From an uncultured Candidatus Saccharibacteria bacterium (GTDB lineage: Bacteria > Patescibacteriota > Minisyncoccia > Phycocordibacterales > UBA9973), in the NCBI GenBank assembly GCA_964473175.1, contig CAYYNN010000001.1, forward strand, positions 408-64,407: a DNA stretch of 64,000 nt, given 5' to 3'. The translations under genes were made by a program, and so were the position numbers. Numbering within the stretch: the first letter of the stretch is position 1; every line of letters starts with the position of its first letter. Shown here piece after piece: positions 56,813 to 64,000 of the stretch. The notes beneath the pieces are model-generated. The model made no database searches. It was not told the origin of the DNA and saw only the letters and a list, made by a program, of their open reading frames with translations.

Positions 56813-58037
56813 CGATACTCATACAACCCCCGTTCATATTACAAAAGGGATAAGAATATTTATCGGACTTGTTTTTGTAACAGGTGTATTTTTTGGCGGT
56901 GTGTATGTCGGCTACGCCAATCGATCTGCTACAGATAAGGTTGTGAGCGTTATTAACAAAGAGGCAGCGGTTACTGATACCACAGATTTTAATACATTTT
57001 GGAAGGCATGGTCTATTCTTGATGAAAAATTTGCAGATGCAGATAAGACATCTGCCCAAGACCGCATGTACGGGGCGATCAAAGGAATGCTCGGTTCATT
57101 TAATGATCCTTATACAACCTTTTTCCCACCAGCTGAAAATAAGGTATTTCAAAGTGAAATTGCCGGTACCTTTGATGGTATCGGAATAGAAATTGGTGAA
57201 AAAGATGACGTACTAACGGTCATCGCTCCACTCAAAGATACACCTGCAGACAAGGCAGGCATCAAGGCCGGGGATAAAATCGTAGCCATAGGAGAAACTA
57301 CAACGAACAATTTAACTATTGATAAAGCTATTGATCTTATTCGCGGCAAGGCGGGTACAACGATTAATCTCACTATTTTCCGAGAAGGTTTTGCGGCACC
57401 CAAAGTAATCCCTGTAATACGTGGACATATTGATCTCCCGACAGTTAAAACAGAAGTACGTGCTGATCAAAAAACTTTTATTATTCATTTGTACAATTTT
57501 TCAGCAAATTCTCCACAACTTTTTCATGATGCACTACAAGAATATATCGGATCTGGTTACCCCAATCTATTACTTGATTTACGAGGTAATCCTGGAGGAT
57601 ATCTCGATGCTGCGGTAACTATCGGAAGTTGGTTTATCCCTGAAGGTAAGACAATAGTTAAAGAAATTGGTAAAACACCCGATGATACAAGTGTGCACAC
57701 CAGTAAAGGGCCGTTACTTTTCCCAAATAAATCAAAGCTCATTGTTCTGGTAGACAAGGGTTCTGCTTCTGCTTCTGAGATTTTGGCAGGAGCATTATCT
57801 GAACAAAGTATCGGGCTTTTGGTAGGTGAACAAACATATGGAAAAGGGTCAGTGCAAGAAGTAATTAAATTGACGCAAGACACTGCATTAAAAGTCACTG
57901 TCGCAAAATGGTATACACCAAACGGAATATCTATCTCAGAAAAAGGGTTAACACCAACTATAAAAATTCCGTATGTCGCAAGTAAAGATGATACCGACAC
58001 CCAACTTGAAAGTGCAGTAGCATTATTTAAGAAATAA
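56805..58037 (+). CDS. ctpA: S41 C-terminal processing peptidase with PDZ domain
   Basis: DPYT, GIGIEI, TPADKAGI, DLRGNPGG, SASASEI, YGKGSVQ. Confidence 0.92.
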   Translation: MDNDTHTTPVHITKGIRIFIGLVFVTGVFFGGVYVGYANRSATDKVVSVINKEAAVTDTTDFNTFWKAWSILDEKFADADKTSAQDRMYGAIKGMLGSFNDPYTTFFPPAENKVFQSEIAGTFDGIGIEIGEKDDVLTVIAPLKDTPADKAGIKAGDKIVAIGETTTNNLTIDKAIDLIRGKAGTTINLTIFREGFAAPKVIPVIRGHIDLPTVKTEVRADQKTFIIHLYNFSANSPQLFHDALQEYIGSGYPNLLLDLRGNPGGYLDAAVTIGSWFIPEGKTIVKEIGKTPDDTSVHTSKGPLLFPNKSKLIVLVDKGSASASEILAGALSEQSIGLLVGEQTYGKGSVQEVIKLTQDTALKVTVAKWYTPNGISISEKGLTPTIKIPYVASKDDTDTQLESAVALFKK

Positions 58038-58048
58038 ATCACCACTAT

Positions 58049-58483
58049 ATGAAAATAATCCTCCTCAAATCAGTCACCAAAGTCGGTCATAAAGATGACA
58101 TTATCGATGTCGCTGATGGGTTCGCACAGCACTCATTGTTTCCCAAAAAACTAGCTATCGCTGCAACACCAGCTGCTATTGCTCGCTTGAAACAACAGCA
58201 ACAAAACACACGTGTCGTTCGCGAAGTACGGCACAAACTACTCGATGCAGCCATACAAGAACTTAACGCAGTAACATTACGTATGAAAGTGAAAGCAAAT
58301 GACCAAGGTAGTTTATTTTCAAAAATTCATGCTTCTGATATTGTGAACTATTTGTCAAAAGAACATCATATTGATATTGATGAGTCAAATATACAAATCC
58401 CTGATATTAAAAAATTGGGATCATACAAAATAACTGTTTCGGATGAAGGATATACGGCTACAGTTACTATTGATGTTATATAA
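58049..58483 (+). CDS. rplI: 50S ribosomal protein L9
   Basis: MKIILL..V.KVG....V.DGFA..LFP..LA, LFSKI, IKKLG.Y. Confidence 0.9.
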   Translation: MKIILLKSVTKVGHKDDIIDVADGFAQHSLFPKKLAIAATPAAIARLKQQQQNTRVVREVRHKLLDAAIQELNAVTLRMKVKANDQGSLFSKIHASDIVNYLSKEHHIDIDESNIQIPDIKKLGSYKITVSDEGYTATVTIDVI

Positions 58484-58515
58484 ATAAAACCCCTCAGAGT
58501 AATGAGGGATTTTAT
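58484..58515. terminator. Bidirectional terminator between rplI and rpmA
   Basis: ATAAAAcCCCTCA-GAGTAA-TGAGGGaTTTTAT. Confidence 0.75.
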
Positions 58516-58791
58516 TTATATAATGATATTTGCTGCCTTACGAACGGTGTGTGTTCCGTCAAAGTTTTGCTTGCGCTTATTGGTGAACTTCACTGTGCCA
58601 TCCTTGAGTGCATAGAGAGTATGGTCTTTACCAATACCAACTGATGTACCTGCAAGAATTTTGGTCCCACGCTGTCGAACGATAATAGATCCAGACGTAG
58701 CAAATTGCCCGTCATAAAGCTTGGTACCGAGATATTGTGGATTGGAATCCGTTAGGTTTTTTGCCGCTCCTTGGGCTTTCTTATGTGCCAT
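58516..58791 (-). CDS. rpmA: 50S ribosomal protein L27
   Basis: [26 protein letters not shown]; promoter TTGACA, 17 bp, TAAGAT. Confidence 0.96.
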   Translation of the reverse strand: MAHKKAQGAAKNLTDSNPQYLGTKLYDGQFATSGSIIVRQRGTKILAGTSVGIGKDHTLYALKDGTVKFTNKRKQNFDGTHTVRKAANIII

Positions 58792-58868
58792 AGACGTACA
58801 TCTTACCTGGGGGAGGGTATTGTGTCAATCCTCTCTTAACATTGCAAAATAGGGTATTATATAGGTAT

Positions 58869-59246
58869 ATGCAAAACCTTATAACCAAGCATTATCGCGT
58901 CATTTCAACACTGCTTATTCTTGCTATTGCCGGATTGTCATTTTATGTTGGAATGTTGCAGGGAAGTCAGGTAGCAGGGAAGTCGGTTGCCCTCAACTGT
59001 AGCCCAAATGTTCTATCTAAGCTCAATATACCTACACAAGCACTTGCAGAGGATATAAAGAATAGCCCAGAGAGTGCACCTACCTCTTTGAATGAATCAC
59101 AAGGAACGTTTGCTGGCTCAAAAAATGGCACAAAGTACTACGCGCCTGGTTGTGCTGGCCTTGAGCGTATTAAACCTGAAAATCGAGTATGGTTCCAGAC
59201 CGCAGAAGATGCTACGTTGCAAGGATATACTGCTGCGAGTTGTTAA
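58869..59246 (+). CDS. Membrane-anchored protein with Ada-metal-binding-like C-terminal domain
   Basis: GSKNGTKYY.P.C...IKPEN.VWF...A...GY. Confidence 0.7.
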   Translation: MQNLITKHYRVISTLLILAIAGLSFYVGMLQGSQVAGKSVALNCSPNVLSKLNIPTQALAEDIKNSPESAPTSLNESQGTFAGSKNGTKYYAPGCAGLERIKPENRVWFQTAEDATLQGYTAASC

Positions 59247-59264
59247 TTTATTCAGTAACAGTAC

Positions 59265-60182
59265 ATGAAAACTCTTGGTAACATCGCCATCACTATCGCT
59301 CTAACACTCCTCATTGTCGCAGTGGTAAAGCCTGATTTTGCCGATACTTTTGCGGATAGAGTACTCGGCTCACTCGAAAAATCTTCAGAAGTACTACCGG
59401 AGCGAATTTCTGAGAAGATTGAACCTTATGTGCCCGATGTATTGATCTCATATCTACATACTATTCGACCAGCTCCATCAACAACGACATCATCTGAGGT
59501 TTCAGTTGCGGCACTTTCAACGAATAATATTATCGACGCAACAAATGCTGAACGATTAAAGGCTGGACTTGAACCACTTGTCCTTAATCCAAAGCTTGTG
59601 CAATCTGCGACAGTAAAAACAAACGATATGATAACGAAACAATATTTTGAACATATTTCTCCGACAGGGGCTGGTGTGGCAGATCTGGGTAAGCAGGTAG
59701 GGTATGAGTATGTTATTTTAGGTGAAAACTTGGCTCTGGGAGACTTTGTGGATGGTAATGATGTAGTTGCAGCATGGATGAATAGTCCAGGCCATCGAGC
59801 AAATATTTTGAATCCGAACTATCAAGAGATTGGCGTATACGCCGGTAAAGCTATCTATCAAGGCCGAGATGTTTGGTTTGCTGTACAACATTTTGGTACC
59901 GCACGTAATGCATGCCCTATGATCAATACCGCACTCAAGAACTCCATCGATACTATCAATGCTGACCTGAAGGCTCGACAAGCCCAAATTGCGAATGATA
60001 AAGCCTCGCTTGAAGCTCCAGATCGTCCAGAAGGAGATGAGTACAAGGACCGTGTTACGGAGTTCAATAAACTGGTTGCTGAGTACAATACAGCGTTAGT
60101 AATTTCTCAAGAAAAAATTAAACTTTATAATATACAAGTTTCTTCGTTTAACGCGTGCCTTACGCAATACCAATCGAAATAA
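59265..60182 (+). CDS. CAP (SCP) domain protein with C-terminal coiled coil
   Basis: TNAER..L..N.KL..A..K..DM..YFEH, GENLA, WMNSPGHRANIL, VQHF. Confidence 0.9.
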   Translation: MKTLGNIAITIALTLLIVAVVKPDFADTFADRVLGSLEKSSEVLPERISEKIEPYVPDVLISYLHTIRPAPSTTTSSEVSVAALSTNNIIDATNAERLKAGLEPLVLNPKLVQSATVKTNDMITKQYFEHISPTGAGVADLGKQVGYEYVILGENLALGDFVDGNDVVAAWMNSPGHRANILNPNYQEIGVYAGKAIYQGRDVWFAVQHFGTARNACPMINTALKNSIDTINADLKARQAQIANDKASLEAPDRPEGDEYKDRVTEFNKLVAEYNTALVISQEKIKLYNIQVSSFNACLTQYQSK

Positions 60183-60343
60183 AAGAGGTCTTTATTCTTA
60201 CTACTTAGGATAAAGAGGGGGTTTATATATTAACGTCGCACAATATATCTTTTACGACACTATATCCTATACATACAGTATTGAGATACGTTACAAAAAA
60301 AGACCCCTTACAAAAAGAGGCCTTTATTTGTGTCACCGAATAG

Positions 60344-60859
60344 TTATCTAGTGTTTAACATAATCGAACCGTAATAAGAATTATCAAATGGGTATGGTTC
60401 GTATGAGTACTGATATCCATAAGAAGTATTTGCAACAACGGGAATATTTGCACAATAAGATCCGTTAAACTGGTATCCTGGAGCACATTGGCATGACTGT
60501 GATACGTTATTAAAATATGACATGAGACCTATTTGATGTTCGCACACATATTTCTCTTGACGACAAAGTCCTGAACCTAATGCATATCCAGGGATACATA
60601 CACATCGTGATGTTCCATCAAAGTACGAATTCATAGGACATGTTGGTGGTTGGTTGTATGAAGACATATAGTATTGAGGGTATTGGTTACTAACCTGCAT
60701 TGCAGGATTGAAATATTGGATGTAGTTTTGTTGATACTGCGTATTGGATACGGTATACCCTTTCGCCACAACGTACTGATCGGGCCCATAGTATGACGCA
60801 GTCACGGGTGCAGGAATGCTTAGTACGAGGGTAATAAAAATAAATAAAAATGTTTTCAT
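60344..60859 (-). CDS. Secreted Tyr/Gln-rich protein with EGF-like Cys repeats
   Basis: Signal; CPMNS..CVCIPGY..C and CQCAPGY..C. Confidence 0.7.
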   Translation of the reverse strand: MKTFLFIFITLVLSIPAPVTASYYGPDQYVVAKGYTVSNTQYQQNYIQYFNPAMQVSNQYPQYYMSSYNQPPTCPMNSYFDGTSRCVCIPGYALGSGLCRQEKYVCEHQIGLMSYFNNVSQSCQCAPGYQFNGSYCANIPVVANTSYGYQYSYEPYPFDNSYYGSIMLNTR

Positions 60860-60918
60860 ATGTTTACCACTCTATCTATACAGGCCCTCTTTGTCAAATA
60901 ATAAGGTATATGGACAAG

Positions 60919-61095
60919 CTAATGCTGGGGAGTTAGATCAGTTGCTGCGAAATGTTTTTTGTAGTCATTTTTGGGAGCAGAAAAACGTATAATTTCATGA
61001 CAGTGCTTACATTTTATCTCAATAATTCCATGTACAAGAAAGCTTTTACACAGCAACTTCCCGCACAAACATCGATATTCTTCTAATTGTTTCAT
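60919..61095 (-). CDS. Com-family (Mu Com-like) zinc-ribbon protein (58 aa), not in ORF track
   Basis: MKQLEEYRCLCGKLLCKSFLVHGIIEIKCKHCHEII...; TATACT 7 nt upstream. Confidence 0.8.
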   Translation of the reverse strand: MKQLEEYRCLCGKLLCKSFLVHGIIEIKCKHCHEIIRFSAPKNDYKKHFAATDLTPQH

Positions 61096-61156
61096 ATCGT
61101 AGAGTATATGTACTAGATATTAAGAATAGATAAAATAAAAATAAAGATTCTCTAAA

Positions 61157-62548
61157 TTACTTAGGTATGACAATTAAAAAAGCTGTATAGGTATTTGGGA
61201 TACTTTTTACAGATACAGAACCCTTAAAATCTTTTTCGACTATTTGTCTTACTATCGACAATCCAAGGCCAGTCCCCTTCGTTAATTCCCCACTTTTTGT
61301 AGTGAAGAATGGATCAAATATTTTATTAATATTTTCTGTAAGGATACCTATGCCATGATCAATAATCTGACAATGCACTCGACTTCCCTTTACCCTCATT
61401 GTTATCACCACTTCCTTCTTTCTTGGTGTGTTTTTTACAAAATCGTATGCGTCTATGGCATTTGATAAGAGATTTAATATTACTTGATTCCACAGTATTG
61501 GATCACCATTAATTGCCATTGCACTGTCCCCTTTTAATGTAAGTACCACGGATGCAACGTGTGCCTTATACGAAAGTATTTCCATTACTTGTCGCGTTTC
61601 CTCGTATAGACAAAATATTTTCTTAGACCCTTTCTTTGTTATCTGACCTCGGACCGCTACTACAAAACGCTCCATTCTTTTTGTGGCGACAAAAGCTTGG
61701 TCAAGATATTGTTCAGCTTTTAATAGATTATGTGATAGCCCTTCATATTTTGCTTTCTCAACATTCAGAGATACTGCAGTTAATGGATTTATTAAATCAT
61801 GAAAAAGCCCTGATGAAAGGCGGCCAAATTCTGCAAAACTATAGAGTTGGGCAATCTTTTCTAATTGCATTTCTTTTATTTCTCGAGTGCGCTCTATGAT
61901 GGTTCCTTCGAGAGAGTCTCTTTCTTGACACAAAGCATCCTCCGATCTCCGTGCTCGAGCAAGGGAACATTCTATTTCTCGATTTGAAAGCCATGAAACC
62001 GTAGCGATAATTAAAAAAATAACTATCGTAATAAAAGTGTCTGAGAATTCCCACGTATCGTTTCTCCATTGATAGTTGGCAACAACAATATGCAATCTTT
62101 GAAAATGGCCAAGTAATATCAATATACTTGCAATAAGTCCCGTCATTAAAAACGCACAACGCGTATTGATTAATACGCCAGCCATCACAATAACAAGTGT
62201 GTATAGTAATAGAGAAGAAGTGACCTCAAGTCCCCATTTATATCCCATCCAGAACGCTATGAACATAAAAATCCCGATTAAAATATAGGATGAAAGTTGT
62301 GATAACCCATGAATCGAAAACCAATATAGTAAAAAAGAAAACAATGCTAATGCCACAATAAGCGTTGGTGGGATAAGTGTATGTGCTGTTCCTGTTTCAG
62401 AAATCCAAACAAAAAAACTTGTTATACTCGCAATAATAAAAAGTACCGTTGCGCTTAACAGTAATACATTAAGAATAAATTCTTTCCGTTGCCTATCTTC
62501 ATTAGAAGATCGGGGTCGAACAATATTTTTTATTATTGCCAGTATCAT
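61157..62548 (-). CDS. Membrane sensor histidine kinase
   Basis: ~6 TMs; FHDLINPLT (H-box), NLLSNAIDA, DHGIGI, FFTTK, GTGLGL. Confidence 0.92.
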   Translation of the reverse strand: MILAIIKNIVRPRSSNEDRQRKEFILNVLLLSATVLFIIASITSFFVWISETGTAHTLIPPTLIVALALFSFLLYWFSIHGLSQLSSYILIGIFMFIAFWMGYKWGLEVTSSLLLYTLVIVMAGVLINTRCAFLMTGLIASILILLGHFQRLHIVVANYQWRNDTWEFSDTFITIVIFLIIATVSWLSNREIECSLARARRSEDALCQERDSLEGTIIERTREIKEMQLEKIAQLYSFAEFGRLSSGLFHDLINPLTAVSLNVEKAKYEGLSHNLLKAEQYLDQAFVATKRMERFVVAVRGQITKKGSKKIFCLYEETRQVMEILSYKAHVASVVLTLKGDSAMAINGDPILWNQVILNLLSNAIDAYDFVKNTPRKKEVVITMRVKGSRVHCQIIDHGIGILTENINKIFDPFFTTKSGELTKGTGLGLSIVRQIVEKDFKGSVSVKSIPNTYTAFLIVIPK

Positions 62549-62652
62549 ACCTACTTTTCCGTTACGGGATACTTATAACAATATTCATACAGATGAGTAC
62601 CTAGTGGTATATAGATGTCTAGCACCTTCTGCGCAAAGTATATAGTAAATTA

Positions 62653-63318
62653 CTAAAGCATTTTATATCCTACGCCAGAAATAGTGTGGATAAGTGCTTT
62701 GCTGTTTTTGTCTCCAAGTTTTGTACGAAGATTTAATACATGAGTTTCTATTGTGTTAGTAAATGGATCTGCGTTTACTCCCCACACGTGTTCCAAAATA
62801 GACATTCTACTCAGTATTCTGCCATGGTTATACATAAGGTATTCCAGTAAAGAAAATTCTTTCGGGGTCAATACTATTTCCTTATTATTATTTGTTACAA
62901 GATGTCTTGTAGTGTCGAGTACAAGTTCCCCTACATGGAGAATACATTCCTTAAGCTTCTCAGGTCTTCTAAGAAGCGCTCTTACTCGAGCGAGTAATTC
63001 ACTAAAAACAAATGGTTTAGTCATATAATCATCTGCTCCGATGTTGAGTAGTTCAACTTTCGTTAATACTTCTGTTGTTACTGAAAGCATAATTATTCGA
63101 GTAGTAACATTAGTCGTACGTAATTCGATACAAACTTGTCTACCATTAAGTATTGGTAAGTTGTAATCCAATAGTATCAAATCGTAGAGATGTATCTGTG
63201 CTTTTTGAAGACCTATTTTCCCATTTACGGCACTGTCGACGATAAATCCTTCCTCCCTGAAAGCTTGAATAAGAAATAATCGCATGTCATTATCATCTTC
63301 GATGATAAGAATATTCAT
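62653..63318 (-). CDS. OmpR/PhoB-family response regulator
   Basis: ILIIEDD, LLDYNLP, GADDYMTKPF, LTPKEF.LL, I.T..GVGY. Confidence 0.94.
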   Translation of the reverse strand: MNILIIEDDNDMRLFLIQAFREEGFIVDSAVNGKIGLQKAQIHLYDLILLDYNLPILNGRQVCIELRTTNVTTRIIMLSVTTEVLTKVELLNIGADDYMTKPFVFSELLARVRALLRRPEKLKECILHVGELVLDTTRHLVTNNNKEIVLTPKEFSLLEYLMYNHGRILSRMSILEHVWGVNADPFTNTIETHVLNLRTKLGDKNSKALIHTISGVGYKML

Positions 63319-63480
63319 GTCGTCATTTTATCATGAAGGTATGTTAATTGCATTATTAAATACTATTCTTTGGTTAGAGATTTCAAACTTCAGCATGAAT
63401 GTTAGGTATAAAATTGACAAAGATAGGTATATACCGTATAGTTGAAATAAATATTTTTTCATTTTTAAATTGTATAGAAC

Positions 63481-63945
63481 ATGAAAAGTCTAGTGGTTAT
63501 TTTATTGCTCTCGATAAGTGGATTAACTTCCTGTGTTTCTTCTAAAATTACTACCGAGGATCCCTACTGCCCTACATATTACCCTGTGTGTTATTCAGAC
63601 AAGATCGGTGCAATGATTCATAACAGAAGTGATCTCTACCTCGATCGTGGTTTTCCTAACAAACCTTTCGAATACACTGATTTCTCTGATAGTTTCTTGC
63701 CTATACAAACAGAGTATAGTCAAACACAAGCAGTTCTGCTCTTTTGGTTTATGCAAGAAAAAGACATGAAACTAACAAAGAGTGGTATAAACGTGATTGG
63801 TACCAATACAGATACAAGTGTCACGCTTACCTTCAATGAAAAAAGGAAGGAATGGTGGATTACCATGGTACCCAATAAGCAGTTACAAATCTTAGTTCAG
63901 AAGAAAAATATCCGAAGGTGTACGTTCAAGGGCGCTACTGATTGA
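63481..63945 (+). CDS. Hypothetical lipoprotein-like protein
   Basis: LTS-C lipobox; TTGACA (63414), 17 bp, TATAGT promoter. Confidence 0.65.
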   Translation: MKSLVVILLLSISGLTSCVSSKITTEDPYCPTYYPVCYSDKIGAMIHNRSDLYLDRGFPNKPFEYTDFSDSFLPIQTEYSQTQAVLLFWFMQEKDMKLTKSGINVIGTNTDTSVTLTFNEKRKEWWITMVPNKQLQILVQKKNIRRCTFKGATD

Positions 63946-63966
63946 GTTACTACAGTTTGAGAGATT

Positions 63967-63991
63967 GCCCCTGTAATTCAGGGGCTTTTTT
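63967..63991 (+). terminator. Intrinsic terminator
   Basis: GCCCCTG-TAATT-CAGGGGC followed by a T run. Confidence 0.85.
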
Positions 63992-64000
63992 ATGTATACT

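Noticed and set aside
58516-58791. rpmA separated from rplU and obgE as a novelty
   Set aside because: Operon break-up is common in reduced genomes; no further signal.
60923-61066. Long hairpin ncRNA (GTTGCTG...CAGCAAC; 6S-like)
   Set aside because: The region is fully explained by the minus-strand Com-like ORF with its own promoter; the pairing is patchy.
62685-62693. DnaA box (TGTGGATAA) suggesting oriC
   Set aside because: Single copy inside the response-regulator CDS; no box cluster or dnaA gene.
1-64000. Alternative genetic code (UGA=Gly, code 25)
   Set aside because: Conserved genes are full length under code 11 and TGA ends several ORFs.

Overview
A 64-kb stretch of a small-genome bacterium using genetic code 11 (TGA is a stop). 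It is most consistent with Patescibacteria/Parcubacteria (CPR). This is an inference from the split transketolase plus PfkB/Fba/RpiB/Rpe cluster, the truncated dcw cluster, cohesin-domain and PG-binding surface proteins, a coiled-coil lytic transglycosylase, the presence of L9, and near-absence of Shine-Dalgarno motifs. From left to right it contains: the end of an accessory island (type III R-M plus a CsoR-controlled copper operon); cell-wall/division genes (mrdA, greA, mraZ-rsmH-ftsL-ftsI); several orphan cassettes (a T9SS-CTD protein, a degenerate NADAR, an HTH microprotein); a ~10-kb operon at 19716-29439; tRNA-Glu(CTC); housekeeping genes (rmuC, exonuclease, obgE, gatB); a 1291-aa LamG/FN3/SGNH surface protein; a glycolysis/pentose-phosphate cluster; rplY, rpmE2, prfA (flanked by inverted REP-like hairpins), tRNA-Ile(GAT), rsmI, ctpA, rplI, rpmA; and a two-component system with a Com-type zinc ribbon. 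The best candidate for an undescribed system is the 19716-29439 operon. It combines a private Tat translocase (tatC plus two tatA genes missed by the ORF track), one twin-arginine substrate, signal-less phage-fibre-like proteins, a repeat-rich dockerin-bearing stalk protein and two membrane-anchored cohesin proteins. Pervasive leaderless promoter architecture is also visible. All protein assignments come from motif recognition by eye, not from database searches.
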